A stretch of DNA of 64,000 nucleotides from a virus (taxonomy: Duplodnaviria > Caudoviricetes), in IMG/VR virus record IMGVR_UViG_3300028805_000075, positions 1-64,000 of that record. One strand, written 5' to 3'. Within the stretch, counting starts at the first letter, position 1; each line of letters starts with the position of its first letter. Made by a program: the position numbers and the translations under genes. The notes beneath the pieces were generated by a model. The model was not told where the DNA came from, searched no databases, and saw only the letters and a list, made by a program, of their open reading frames with translations. Positions 16,760 through 28,742 of the stretch are shown piece after piece.

Positions 16760-19144
16760 TTAAACCACCCCTTACTACTAAAGATATAAATCTCCATTCT
16801 AACCTAATGAGGCAGTCGGCGCGGAACTACCAGTATAGTAATTTTGTAAAACTACATTACCAGTTACACTTGCAACACAATCATCATCAGAACTATCTCC
16901 AACTTTTATCGTTACGCCAGAAACTATATTACTTGCGCTTAGATTTGAAGTAGTTACTGCCGCAATCGTTTGCGCGCCAGTTAAATAGGTGCCACTAGAT
17001 ATAGATTGCGCGGTTGTGGATGGATGATAAGTTGTGGCGGCTTTTGTGACAACAGAAGCAGTTAAGCTTACTGAGCTATTTCCTGCTGTACCAGAACTTA
17101 TATAACCAGCAGATACTGTTGGCGTAACACTAATCGTTTTAGAAAGAGTAAGTGTATTTGTTCCCGTAGTAACAGTAGCAGAACTTCCGCTTATACTTAC
17201 CGGCGCAGTTGTGCTACCAGTTGCAACATCTTTAGTGGTCTACGTTGTATAATATCCAACTGGAATAGTAACAGTTTTTCCACTGGCCGTAGGGGTTGGA
17301 TTGACTGCAACTGATGCAGTAAGTGCTACTGTCGCAGTTGAAGAAGTCGCACTAGACACATAGCCCGCACTCACTGTAGGAGTCGTAGTAATTCCCGTTT
17401 TTGTTAAGGTAATGGTATTTGTGCCTGTACTTATTGTTGCGCTTGAACCAGATAATGAGGAAGGCCCAGTCGCACTTCCATTAGCTACTGCGCTTATTTT
17501 ATAATATCCACCTGCTGTATTATAACCTGTTGGAATATTTATATATTGGTCAGAAGTAGAACGAGAAATAGTCGCCTTAGAAGTATATCCCGATGTAGCA
17601 GACGCTGCCGCGCTGGTTGGCAATGTCATTGTACTAACTGATTTACTCGCAGCTTCTTCATAATAACCAGCAGGTACAGAAACCGTTGCTCCAGAGGCAG
17701 TTAAATCAGTAGAATCATTTCTTGTAATCCCGCTGCCAACATAAGTAGAACTAATCGCACTTACTGTAACTGGTTTATAACCATCTACACTAGAACTATT
17801 AAAGGTCTACTCACTTTCAGAGGGGGTAACACTTAAACTATTTATAACCGGCGCTCCGCCACTTACACTAACATCTACACTAGCATAATTAGTTACATCA
17901 ATCCCAGTACCGTTTGTTGTAATGGATTTGGTTCCACTAACTAATTCAGAAGCACTAACTGTTACAGCAGTACCAGTTTTTGTACTCCCAGTAATATAAC
18001 CAGTAGTATTGGTAACAGATGGCGTTATAGATATAGAGTGATTTGATACCGTTCCCTTTGAAGCAGTCGGTGTACCGGCAGTACCAGATGGCATCGCATT
18101 TATCTATACGCTAGTTAAATATTTCCCCGAAGTCGGAGTAATAGTTTGAGAAGAAGTAGTCGGACTAATATTTGTCTTTGCTTCTGTCTATATCTCTTCA
18201 ACTGTAACAATACCGAGGCCTGTATATCCTTGCTCTGCATCAAAAGTTATTTCCTATTTAGAAGTCGTTGGGGTAACTGATTTATCCTAATTATTTATTG
18301 TTGAACCAGTAGGAACCGCGACATTAACTGCCGCATAATTAGTTACATCTATACTAGTTCCATTAGAAGTAATTGACTTCGTTCCACTTACAAGTTCAGA
18401 AGCTGATACGCTAACTGCAGTACCATTTTTAGTACCACCAGTTATATAACCAGTTGTATTTGTAACGCTTGGCGTTACAGTAATACTATGATTGCTAACT
18501 GTTCCTTTGGTCGCAGTTGGAGTTCCAGCCGTACCATTTGGAACCGCGCTTATTTTATAATAAACTCCTGTACTATTATATCCAATCGGAATATTTATAT
18601 ACTAATCACTAGTAGAACGAGAGATAGTTGCTTTTGAAGTGAAACCTGAAGTCGCACTAGCCACCGCAGATGTAGGCAAAGTCATAGAACTAACTGCACT
18701 ACTTGCATCAGCACTATAATAACCCGCCGGCGCAGTAATACTATTTCCACTAACTACTAAATCAGATGAATCTTTCCGCGCGATTCCTGTACCCACATAG
18801 CTAGAAGAAATCGCATTAATAGATACAGTACCAAGCCCTGTATACCCGCTATCATAAGTTACTATTTGCCCACTCTCTGTAGGAGTAACTGACTTATCCT
18901 AATTATTAATAGTAGAACCAGTTGGAACATCAACCACAGCAGTTGCGTATTGCGTTACATCATAAGTATTATTACTTGTAATATTCAAAGTACCGGTAGG
19001 AATAATTCCACCGCCACCACTAATTGTTAAGATAGCAGGCGCCATCTAGGAAGGTAAAAAAGTAGCTGAACTTAATCCAGTTTTTTCTCTAATAGCGTCT
19101 GCTATATCTTCTAAATATTGCTCTGTAATTGCTACTTTTGCCAT
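16760..19144 (-). CDS. repeat-rich tail fibre protein, ~794 aa, many TAGs
   Basis: Single frame; internal repeats GTAGTPTA.KGTVSNHSI and TSKATISRSTSDQYINIP; IPxGYY motifs. Confidence 0.75.
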
Positions 19145-19146
19145 AA

Positions 19147-19308
19147 TTAATACTCCGTACTATCTGCGTCTCCTAATGAGCCAACAGTTAATATAACAGT
19201 TTTTGTATTACTATTATAGGTAGAAGTTATACCAACATTTTCATCTTGAAAAGAATAAGTATCTCCATTTGGTAAAGAAATTTTTGAAATTGTACCTGTT
19301 TCTGGCAT
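19147..19308 (-). CDS. small structural protein
   Basis: 53-aa ORF MPETGTISKISLPNGDTY... with GAGG RBS. Confidence 0.6.
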   Translation of the reverse strand: MPETGTISKISLPNGDTYSFQDENVGITSTYNSNTKTVILTVGSLGDADSTEY

Positions 19309-19330
19309 AATTTTCACCTCTATTTTAAAT

Positions 19331-19375
19331 TACACGGCGCGAATTGTATATTTTTTATTAAATTCGCGCCGTATA
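19331..19375 (-). terminator. hairpin/terminator
   Basis: ACGGCGCGAATT...AATTCGCGCCGT inverted repeat. Confidence 0.5.
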
Positions 19376-19393
19376 AACAAAATTTATATCTTA

Positions 19394-20947
19394 TTAAGAA
19401 CCTTTAGTAACACTAACATCAGTAGTATCCTTAAGAACTGTAACACTATCCTTATTATTCCAAGCAGTATTTGCTCCACTAGCAGTCGCCTTAACATAAG
19501 TAGTAGTCGGTGTAACTGTAATAGTACTACCAGTACCAAGAACTGTATCAGTAGTTGGAGTGCCCATAGCAGTAACCGCATCACCAGTTCCATCAGCTCC
19601 AACTGCTGTGCCACTAGCTGAAGCACTTAAATATCTTGTTGTAGCAGCCCCAATACCGGTCGCTACTGTAATATCGCCCGTAGTACCACTAGCTAATGTG
19701 ATTGTTGGATCGGTGACATTAAATGTAGATGCTGTACCCAATACTGTATCAGTAGTTGGACTTGCATATCCAGTAACAGCATTAAAAGTATCACCAACAG
19801 CTACATCTGTAACTACATTCGCGCCACTACCACTTACACCTACAGCACCAGTGGCGACTGTTGTCGCAGATGTAGAAGCTACGGGTACTGTTATAGTGGT
19901 AGGTGCGTTAGCAGAATAAGTTGTCTAAGTTTCGAGAGTCGCCGCACCAATAGTTAATACACCATTACTTACACTAACACCCTTTAGCCAATCAGTATTT
20001 GTTGTACTGGCAGTGCCACTACCGGTTGCTGTTGTCTAATCTGTGCGTCCTTGTACAACAGATGGCGTAGAACTCCCCTTAATACCCATAATAGTAGTCG
20101 TAACTAACTTCTTAGTAGTTGGTGTTACAGACTTTACAGCTGCTTCTGTACTTGGTGTACCGAGTGCAGTAATAGCGGTAACATTATCACCACTTGCACT
20201 AACTGCACCACCACTCGCGCTTGCTGAAACTTTAGTCGTTTGAGCAGCACCTTGAGCTTGAACGTAAGTAATTCTACCAGTTGAAGTAGTTGTATTAGCA
20301 GTTAAACTAACTGTTGGCTAAGCGGTAACTTTAACACCTTTTAAGAATGTATCAGTACTAGGTGTGCCAAGACCTGTAACAGCAGTAACACTATCACCAC
20401 TCGCGCTTGCACTCGTAATACCAGTAATAACCTGTACTTTTCCAGTTCCACTTGTTGTATCAGTGGCTAATGTAATTGTAGGTTGTGTAATGGTAAATGT
20501 CGCATCAGTACCAATAACTGTATCTGTCTATTTTGTAAGACTAACACCAGTTACAACATTTGTTAAATCAATTTGAGTATCGCCAATTTTTTCCCAAGTT
20601 TTACTACCTGAATCACCAACAGGAACATACTCATCATATTTATCAAGTGTGCCGCCTGCTTGCGTTGCAGATCTAACTAAATAAAAAGCACCAGGTGTTG
20701 CTGAATTAGCCGATAATGTACCAGTATATTCTGTACCATCATAAATAATTACTACACCAGCAGGAATATTAGCCACTACGGGAGCTGCAGTTCCATCCCA
20801 TGCAATGACATAAGACACACCACCAGCAATAGCTTCACTTAATGTTTCAACAACATCTCTAATTTCTCTATCCGCGATATAATAAGTATTACCGGATGGT
20901 AGAGTTATTCTATCAATTACGGGGATATTTACATCAACGTATGCCAT
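19394..20947 (-). CDS. Thr-rich structural/fibre protein, 517 aa, TAG readthrough
   Basis: 20528-20947 and 19394-19741 are in the same frame; repeats TAVT.LGTPSTDT. Confidence 0.7.
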
Positions 20948-20959
20948 AATTTTATCTCC

Positions 20960-21319
20960 TTAATTTCTATTAAAAATTAATGCTTCATTAACTACTTCAG
21001 AAGCATCGTTTACATTTAATTTATTATTCCAAAATAATTTCTCAGCCATCGTTACATGAATTTCTGGATTACTTATATGATTTAATAATTGATCTCTTAA
21101 ATCATCATTTACAAACGGTAAATCTTGTACATAAGCCCTACCATCTCCAATTTTAATAGCTGGTACTTTTATAATTTTTTCTTCTCCATTAATTATTTTT
21201 TTAGTAGTTGTATAGTCATTATATACAATTACTTCTCCTTCTAATGGAATCATGCCGCGCGCGGAATCCCAATTTTGAGTCGTATCGCGCTTAAATTTTA
21301 TTCTAGCAGTAGCACTCAT
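20960..21319 (-). CDS. Mtd_N/hyaluronidase-N-like tail protein
   Basis: RIKFKRDTTQNW...LEGE...KIGDG...DLPF motif. Confidence 0.7.
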   Translation of the reverse strand: MSATARIKFKRDTTQNWDSARGMIPLEGEVIVYNDYTTTKKIINGEEKIIKVPAIKIGDGRAYVQDLPFVNDDLRDQLLNHISNPEIHVTMAEKLFWNNKLNVNDASEVVNEALIFNRN

Positions 21320-21330
21320 ACCATCACCTC

Positions 21331-21660
21331 TTATAAGACTGTAGTACTTGTACCACAATCAATCAATAACTATTCTTCAAATTTACCATCAACATATTCT
21401 ATCGTTGCATAATCTGCGCCGTCTACTAAATCACTAACATGCAAATTATCTAATCTTTCAATAATTTCTTCTATTTCTTGATTTGAATCTAGATATTTTA
21501 AATTAGACCAACGATCTTTGCCATTACCAATTTTTAGTCTCTAAATATCATAAGAATAAGCGGGTTCTCCTAATGCTAAAAGTGGATTGTGTTCTATCCA
21601 TTCAGCTTCTGTAGCGCGGCGTATCTAAAATATGGTTTTAATTCTCTTTCTCGTAACCAT
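21331..21660 (-). CDS. Mtd_N-like tail protein, TAG readthrough
   Basis: F(Q)IRRATEAEW...NPLLALGEPAY...LKIGNG...WSNLKY. Confidence 0.7.
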
Positions 21661-21823
21661 ATACGTCACCACCATCATAAATTATTATTTCATCAAGTTC
21701 AATATCATCCCCACGATTATTTATTTGATGAAATTGTGTATTAAAAGTATTTTCCGACTTTTCTCCATAATATTTAGGATTAAAGCTATTTTCTTTTGTA
21801 TATATCTTTTTAGATAATGCCAT
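21638..21823 (-). CDS. hypothetical protein
   Basis: 61-aa ORF coupled to neighbours. Confidence 0.55.
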   Translation of the reverse strand: MALSKKIYTKENSFNPKYYGEKSENTFNTQFHQINNRGDDIELDEIIIYDGGDVYGYEKEN

Positions 21824-22142
21824 CTTTTAATACATCTCCTACTCGTTCTTTCATAACCTCAGAAACCCAACATTCACCATCTACTAACTTAGTGCGAATT
21901 TGAATTAAAACTAAACTATCTCTAGTTTTATCTAAAAAGGTATATTTTTCAAAAGCTAAAGTTTCTTCTTGGGTAATTTGTACTTCTATAGTACTATTAA
22001 TTTCATCAAAAGTAACATCATCTAAAGTTTTTTCAAAAATAACTTTTCCTTTTTGAAAATAAGTTATATATAAAACTTCAACTTTATCTTCTGTAAACGG
22101 AAAAGAAAAAATATGTATTGGTGTTGTTCCTCTATAAATCAT
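21810..22142 (-). CDS. BppU-N-like structural protein
   Basis: MIYRGTTP...ITQEET...IQIR...VLKDG pattern typical of phage baseplate-upper-like proteins. Confidence 0.55.
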   Translation of the reverse strand: MIYRGTTPIHIFSFPFTEDKVEVLYITYFQKGKVIFEKTLDDVTFDEINSTIEVQITQEETLAFEKYTFLDKTRDSLVLIQIRTKLVDGECWVSEVMKERVGDVLKDGII

Positions 22143-22326
22143 TTTATTCTCTCCCTTTTTGCTATAATACTCTATTATAAAAGTAGGAAATTTTTTCGTA
22201 TGCTCTATTTTTTTACTGCAATATAAAAAATTTGAAAAGTTTCGGAAAATCTGCTATAATAAAAGAGTAAAGAAAAAAGTGTAATATAATAATATACATT
22301 AAAATTATAAATAAAGGAGTAATATA

Positions 22327-23409
22327 ATGTATAATTTTCATGACTTAGAGGCTCAAAAATACTGGTCGTTTAGCGCGAACGCAAAAGTAGATCCAAAAGC
22401 AGAAATTAAAAATATGATTTTTAGCGGCGATTATATTGGATCACGAAAAATGGATGGCGCATTTTATAAATTTTGGAAAGATGAAAATGGGAATATGGAA
22501 CTCCTTGGCCGTTCTAAGGGAGTTAATGGAGATTATCTTAATAAGATCGATTGGGTTCCACAACTTCAATCATTTTTCCAAGCAATTCCGAATGGTACTT
22601 GCTTAATTGGAGAAATTTATTTTCCTAAAAATGAAGGAAGTAATAAAGTGACCTCTATTATGGGATGTCTTAAAGATAAAGCAATTACTCGCCAAGAAGC
22701 TGGAGAAAAACTTCATTATTATGTATTTGACGTACTCGCATGGAGTGGAAAATCTACCTATCAATTAAATATTGAAGATAGACTAAATTATTTAGATGAT
22801 GTTTCTTATGTTAAAAATGAATACGTTGAAATTGCTCAATATTACGAAGGCAAAGAACTTTGGGATGAGCTTCAAAAGATTCTCGCTTCTGGCGGAGAAG
22901 GAGTTGTAATTACAAAGAAAGGTACTTGTTACCAGCCTGGTAAACGCCCAGCGCGCCAAACGGTTAAAGTTAAACGAGAATTATCAGAAACTCTTGATTG
23001 CTTTTTTACTGGACATATCGCTTCGCCAACTCGTCTTTATAGTGGAATTACTCTTCCAAGTTGGCAATATTGGGAGAATGTAAAAACTGGAGAAAAATTA
23101 CAAGGGCAACTATATACTCAATATATGGATGGAGAACCGATCGAACCAGTAACAAAACCTTATTATTTTGGTATGGCTGGTAGTTTAGAAATTGGAGTAC
23201 TTCGTAATAATAAAGTTGTTTCGCTTGGATGGTTAAGTGGATTAAGTGATGAAATTAAAACGAACTATAAAGACTATGAAGGTAAGTGTCTTGAAGTTGG
23301 AGCCATGCAATTCACAGATGACGGCGCGCTTCGTCATGCAAAAATGATTCGCTTACGTCCGGATCTAAATATTAAAGATTGTACTTGGGAGAAAGTTTTT
23401 GGCGAATGA
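22327..23409 (+). CDS. ATP-dependent DNA ligase
   Basis: KMDG adenylation motif, GEIY, FDVL, EGVV, KVK, LRH..M..LRPD. Confidence 0.85.
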   Translation: MYNFHDLEAQKYWSFSANAKVDPKAEIKNMIFSGDYIGSRKMDGAFYKFWKDENGNMELLGRSKGVNGDYLNKIDWVPQLQSFFQAIPNGTCLIGEIYFPKNEGSNKVTSIMGCLKDKAITRQEAGEKLHYYVFDVLAWSGKSTYQLNIEDRLNYLDDVSYVKNEYVEIAQYYEGKELWDELQKILASGGEGVVITKKGTCYQPGKRPARQTVKVKRELSETLDCFFTGHIASPTRLYSGITLPSWQYWENVKTGEKLQGQLYTQYMDGEPIEPVTKPYYFGMAGSLEIGVLRNNKVVSLGWLSGLSDEIKTNYKDYEGKCLEVGAMQFTDDGALRHAKMIRLRPDLNIKDCTWEKVFGE

Positions 23410-23783
23410 GTAGTTCATACGAAGAAAAAATTATCAAAATTCTTCAAAAAGCACATATAAATTTTCAAAGAGAAAAAATATATTCTGATTTACGAAATGG
23501 AAAATATAGATATGATTTTTATATTCCATCTTCGAATACTTTAATTGAAGTAGACGGCCAATATCATTTTTTTGAAATTAGAGGGCGCGCGGCGTTTAAA
23601 AAACAACAAGAGCATGATCGATAGAAAAATGCTTACGCACTCGCGCACAAAATTAAATTATATCGTATACCATATTGGGAAATAGATAATAATTTAATAA
23701 ATACTACATATGATATTTTTACAAATAACCATCTTGTTAATTCAAAATGGCATAATGATAAATTGACTATTCCAAAAAAATAA
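23406..23783 (+). CDS. PD-(D/E)XK/DUF559-like endonuclease, 125 aa, one TAG
   Basis: YDFYIP...IEVDGQYH...HDR(Q)KN.YA...LYRIPYW. Confidence 0.75.
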
Positions 23784-23827
23784 AGTTGTAGTAAAATACT
23801 TCTACTTTTATTTGAGGTGATGGCCAT

Positions 23828-24310
23828 ATGTTTGAAAAAATAACTCCTTCATAGTGGGCCGAAATTATTGGAGGTCTTTTTATATTTATATATTTCCTTA
23901 TTTAGGTAATTGAAAAAACTATTAATCATACTAAATGGGGTAAAGAGCGCAAACAGGAAAAAGATAAAGAGAAAGAAAAACAAGCTCATGAACAATATAA
24001 AAGATTTACAAATGATTTTGTAGAGTCATTTGTTCCACCATTAATTAAGTAGTTCACAGAACAAGATGAAAAGTTATTAGAAAAATTAGATAAATTAACT
24101 CAATCTTCTAATGATTTATTAAGAAAAGACATGACTGATATATATTATAAGTATTTGCCATATAGAAAAATTTTATAGTATGATAAAGAAAGTTTTCTTA
24201 AATTATATCATGACTACGCGGCGCAAGGTGGTAATACTTACATAACAGATGTGTATAACGAATTAAAAGATTGGGAAGTAGTTTTAAGAGAAGAAGATTT
24301 ACATTGGTAA
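23828..24310 (+). CDS. membrane-anchored phage protein (holin-associated type), 160 aa, TAG readthrough
   Basis: N-terminal TM helix; C-terminal LLR.D...Y...GGN.Y motif. Confidence 0.6.
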
Positions 24311-24387
24311 AGAAAAAAAGAAAGTCATAATTTGACTTTCTTTTTATTTTATGTTATAATAAATTTATAAAGAAAAAGGAGAATAGT

Positions 24388-25446
24388 ATGGAGTCATTAT
24401 AGTATATTATAATTGGACTTATTATACTACTTCTTATATTTATCACTTTATTTATAATATAGAATAAAAAGAATAGAAGAATAAAACAATTAAAATACGA
24501 AGAAATAGATAAAAATTTTAAAGAAAGAAAGGATAATTTAGAAGAATAGTATAATAAGACAGAAGAAAAATTAAAACAAAAATATCAAAAATTAAACAAA
24601 GAATTAGAAGAAGAACTTTCAAATAATATTGAAAAAATAAATTTTGAAATTTCTCAATATCATGAGCAATCTGAATCTAATAAAGAAATTATATCTAATC
24701 AAATAAAATAGAATTTAGAAATAACTAAAAAATTAGAAGAAGAAAAAATTAGAACTCAATTAAATGAATTTAAGAAAACTGAAGAGAAAAAAATAAATGA
24801 TGAATTAAAAACGGCGCAGGAATGGACACAAAAACAAATAGAAGATTTGTAGAAGTCGAAAGAAGAATATGAAAAAGAAACTAATGAAGCTGCTTTTGAA
24901 TATGTAGATATATTAGAATTGCTTGAAGACTTTCGTGCTCGCCGTGAGGTAGTTAATTCATAGATTTTACGAGAAAAAGCTTTATAGGAAGAAACAGATT
25001 TTTATAGAATTTGTTTAACAGATAATGAAATTGAAGATTTATAGATTATTAAAGATATAGAACATAAATTTAATAATAAAGAAGTCTTACATCGCGCGGC
25101 CTATGATTGTTATATAAAGCGGCCATTATAGGAAATGGAAAAAAGAGTTCTTAATGGTAAAAAGCCAAGTGGAATTTATTGTATTACTTATATTCCAACT
25201 GGAGAAATTTATATAGGCCGCTCAACCGATATAAGTAATAGATGGCAAGAGCATTGTAAATCCGCTTACGGAGTTGGCACAATAGCTCATAGCTCTTTAC
25301 ATACTAAAATGGCGCGTGATGGTATTTGGAATTTCACGTTTTAGGTATTAGAAGAAGTACCAAAAGATAAATTAAATGAAAGAGAAAAATATTGGATTGA
25401 TGTATATGGCGCGCAGACGCTTCTTAATCAAAAAGCTGGTGGCTAA
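24388..25446 (+). CDS. TM + coiled-coil + GIY-YIG nuclease domain protein, 352 aa, many TAGs
   Basis: N-terminal hydrophobic helix, long E/K coiled coil, SGIYCIT...YIGRS...RW.EH; promoter 24332-24360. Confidence 0.75.
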
Positions 25447-25613
25447 TGAAAGAAAAGAGAAGAAAACAACGTCCTGAACCACCTAAAATATTTTGGCTTG
25501 ATACAGATTGTTGTTGGTTTTGTACTGGTGCAAAAAGAAATGGCTGCGGTGGTTGTAAAGTTTTAAAAAAATATAATAAAGAATATGGAAATAAAAAATA
25601 TGAATTTAAGTAA
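25446..25613 (+). CDS. small Cys-rich protein
   Basis: 55 aa ...DCCWFCTG...GCGGCK. Confidence 0.5.
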   Translation: MKEKRRKQRPEPPKIFWLDTDCCWFCTGAKRNGCGGCKVLKKYNKEYGNKKYEFK

Positions 25614-26652
25614 AAAGCAAAAAGAAATTGTTAATTCCGAATATTCAAAAATAGTAGTTTGCGCGGCGGCGGCTTCAGGAAAAACTGCCTGTATAACTGA
25701 AAGAACAAAAACGATGCTCGCGCGCGGTGTGCGTCCGGAACGAATGGTTGTTATTACTTTTACAAACGCAGCCGCAGACGAAATGAGCCAACGTATAGGA
25801 AAAGTAGAAGGTCTTTTTATTGGTACAATTCATTCTTATGCCTATCATTTACTTTGTGCTGGTGGATATTTTGATTTAGCAAAAAAATACGCTGACGAAG
25901 AAAAATTTGATAATCTTTTTCAATTAGTATTGTTACATCCACAATGTTTAAAGCAAATTGATTATCTTATTGTGGACGAAGCGCAAGATTGTTCAGAAAA
26001 TCAATGGAGATTTTTTGAATTGTTAAAACCAACTGGATTTTTTTATTGCGGCGATCCTCGTCAATCAATTTACACATGGCGTGATGCTAAACCAGAAATG
26101 TTCCAGTACATAATGTATCAAAAGGACGTAATGGTGTATTCTTTAAATGAAAACTATCGTAATGGACGAAATATTCTTAACTTTGCCAAATCTATTATTT
26201 TAAGACAAAAAAAGGGTATAGAAGATGATTCTATACCGATGAGATCTCGTAGTGGTTCTGTAGAATGGATTGAATTTAATATAAATCTAATTCCTTCTAT
26301 TATTGAAAATGAAAAAGTGCCATATGGTGATTGGTTTGTTCTAACAAGAACTAATGACCAAATAGAACAAGTGCAATACGTTTTAGATAAATTTAATATA
26401 CCAAATATTACCTTTAAACGTGGTGGAAAAAGCTTCGATGAAATGAATGAGTTAATCCATACTGATAAAGTAAAAATTCTTACGGTTCATACAGCAAAAG
26501 GTCTTGAAGCAGATAATGTTATTGTTATTGGTACTAATATGTGGCGTGACGAAGAAATTAGATTATCATATGTCGCCGCTACTCGTGCGCGCAATAAACT
26601 TTTTTGGATGAAAAATAAAAAAGTAAATAAGAAAGTGAATAATTGGGAATAA
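25600..26652 (+). CDS. UvrD/Rep-like SF1 helicase (compact)
   Basis: AAAASGKT, TFTNAAA, VDEAQD, GDPRQSIY, NYR, TVHTAKGLE, YVAATRA. Confidence 0.9.
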   Translation: MNLSKKQKEIVNSEYSKIVVCAAAASGKTACITERTKTMLARGVRPERMVVITFTNAAADEMSQRIGKVEGLFIGTIHSYAYHLLCAGGYFDLAKKYADEEKFDNLFQLVLLHPQCLKQIDYLIVDEAQDCSENQWRFFELLKPTGFFYCGDPRQSIYTWRDAKPEMFQYIMYQKDVMVYSLNENYRNGRNILNFAKSIILRQKKGIEDDSIPMRSRSGSVEWIEFNINLIPSIIENEKVPYGDWFVLTRTNDQIEQVQYVLDKFNIPNITFKRGGKSFDEMNELIHTDKVKILTVHTAKGLEADNVIVIGTNMWRDEEIRLSYVAATRARNKLFWMKNKKVNKKVNNWE

Positions 26653-26828
26653 TGTTTAATGCAAGATATATACCTACTGGAGAAATTTTTCAAGTTTTAG
26701 ATACTACTGTAGACCCAAAATTTGGTATAACTCATTTTTTAATTTGGAATAATGGTGGCTGGCGATGGTATAACGCAAAAAACTTTGTTCCACCAAATTG
26801 GAATTATGAAGAGAAGTCAAAGATTTGA
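26652..26828 (+). CDS. hypothetical protein
   Basis: Small ORF coupled to the helicase stop. Confidence 0.5.
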   Translation: MFNARYIPTGEIFQVLDTTVDPKFGITHFLIWNNGGWRWYNAKNFVPPNWNYEEKSKI

Positions 26829-26884
26829 CTTCTTTTTTAATTTATGATATAATATATATAGAAAATAAAAATGGAGTATATCGC

Positions 26885-28741
26885 ATGAGTGAGAATTATG
26901 GAATCGACGAAATTAAATCTTTAAGTTTTAAGGAAGCAGTTCGCGCGAGAATCCAAATGTATCTTGGTACTGCCGATAATGAAGGCACTTACCAAGCACT
27001 TAAAGAAATAATTAATAATAGTACAGACGAGGCACTTTGCGGCTTTGGTAATCAGATTGATATTTCAGTAGATGAAGAGAATAATACTATTGAAGTTCAA
27101 GATTATGGTCGCGGTGTTCCTTTTGGTGTACGCGATGATGGAGAAAATGTACTTGTTTCCATCTATTCTAAATCACATACTGGTGGTAAATTTGAAGATG
27201 GCGCGTATAAAAACGTGTCGGGCCTCAACGGTATTGGCGCTAAATGTGTATGTCTAAGTTCTCTTGACTTTATGGTAGAAAGCTGCCGCGATGGTAAGAT
27301 GGCGCGCGCCATGTTCTTTAAGGGTGAACTTGTTAGTTATAATGAATTTGATACTAAACACGCTAATGGCACTCTTGTTAAATTTACACCAGATCCCGAA
27401 GTTTTTAAAGATGAAAAAATTCAATATGATTACGAAAGAATTTGTAATGATATAAAGAATATTTGCTATCTTTATAGCGGGATTACATTTAATGTTTATA
27501 ATCTTAAAACCGGCGTAAAGAAAACATATTCCGCGCGCAATGGTATTAAAGACTTTATCAAAGATAATTTAAGCGCGCCGCTTCATAAAACAATTCAATA
27601 TGCTACTGCTACTGATGGTGAAGATAAAATTGAAATTGCTTTTCAATGGGGTGCGAAGCGCGAAACTTCTTACGTATTTGTAAATGGTCTGCTTTGTCCA
27701 GAGGGTGGTTCACCTATTACTGGCGCGAAAACAGCTATTACGCGCACGTTCAATTCACTTTCAAAGCAAGATTTTGATGGTGATGCAATTCGTGGAAATT
27801 TATTCTATGTAATTAATTGCTCTGTTGCGCATCCATCATTTGCAAATCAGACAAAATCAAAAATCAATAATGCTAATTTGCGTACACTTGCTTCTAATGC
27901 TTTTAGTGATGCGTTGAAGTCAATGAAAATTAAACTTCCACAAGAGTTTGATACAATCGTAGAATTATTGAAAAAAATCGCAAAGGCAGAAGCTGCGGCA
28001 GAAAAAGCACGTCAGCAAGTTCTCAATGCTTCAAAAGAAATTGAAAAGAACCAAAAGAAAAAGGTTTTTGCTTCTGATAAATTGAAAGATGCAGAATTTC
28101 TTGGACAAAATTCAACTCTTCTGATTGTTGAAGGTAATAGTGCTATGGGTGGTATGGCACAGGCACGCGATTATAAGAAGTATGGTATTCTTGCTATTCG
28201 TGGTAAAATAATTAATTGTTTATCTAACCCAGAAGAAAAGATTTTTGAAAATGAAGAAATTAAACTTCTTTTGAGTGCGATGAATATTGTGCCGGGAAAA
28301 TATAATAGTTCAAAACTTCGTTACGGCCGCCTTGCAATCTGTACCGATGCTGATAGCGATGGATACCATATTGGTTTGCTTATTATGGCAGCGCTTACTT
28401 ATCTTGCACCGCAGTTTATTAAAGAAGGTCGTTTGTGCTGGTTGCGCTCGCCACTTTATATTGTTAATAATGGCAAGCAGGAAAGCTATTATTTTGATGA
28501 CGCAGAGTTTAACGCTGTACGCGGTAAGATTAAGGGTGAAGTAACGCGCGCAAAAGGTCTTGGTGAATTACCAGCTGAAACTGCGCGAGCATCTATGTTT
28601 ACTGAACAGTACCAACGCATGGAAGCTATGGAATATAGTGACGATGCACTTGGTATTTTATACGATTTGATGGGCGAAGACGTAAAACCAAGAAAAGAAT
28701 TTATTTTTAATAATATTGATTTTTCGGAGATAACAGAATAA
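26885..28741 (+). CDS. gyrB: type IIA topoisomerase subunit B
   Basis: EIINNSTDE, DYGRGVP, HTGGKF, GLNGIG, VEGNSA, RGKIIN, DADSDG, KGLGE. Confidence 0.93.
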   Translation: MSENYGIDEIKSLSFKEAVRARIQMYLGTADNEGTYQALKEIINNSTDEALCGFGNQIDISVDEENNTIEVQDYGRGVPFGVRDDGENVLVSIYSKSHTGGKFEDGAYKNVSGLNGIGAKCVCLSSLDFMVESCRDGKMARAMFFKGELVSYNEFDTKHANGTLVKFTPDPEVFKDEKIQYDYERICNDIKNICYLYSGITFNVYNLKTGVKKTYSARNGIKDFIKDNLSAPLHKTIQYATATDGEDKIEIAFQWGAKRETSYVFVNGLLCPEGGSPITGAKTAITRTFNSLSKQDFDGDAIRGNLFYVINCSVAHPSFANQTKSKINNANLRTLASNAFSDALKSMKIKLPQEFDTIVELLKKIAKAEAAAEKARQQVLNASKEIEKNQKKKVFASDKLKDAEFLGQNSTLLIVEGNSAMGGMAQARDYKKYGILAIRGKIINCLSNPEEKIFENEEIKLLLSAMNIVPGKYNSSKLRYGRLAICTDADSDGYHIGLLIMAALTYLAPQFIKEGRLCWLRSPLYIVNNGKQESYYFDDAEFNAVRGKIKGEVTRAKGLGELPAETARASMFTEQYQRMEAMEYSDDALGILYDLMGEDVKPRKEFIFNNIDFSEITE

Positions 28742-28742
28742 A

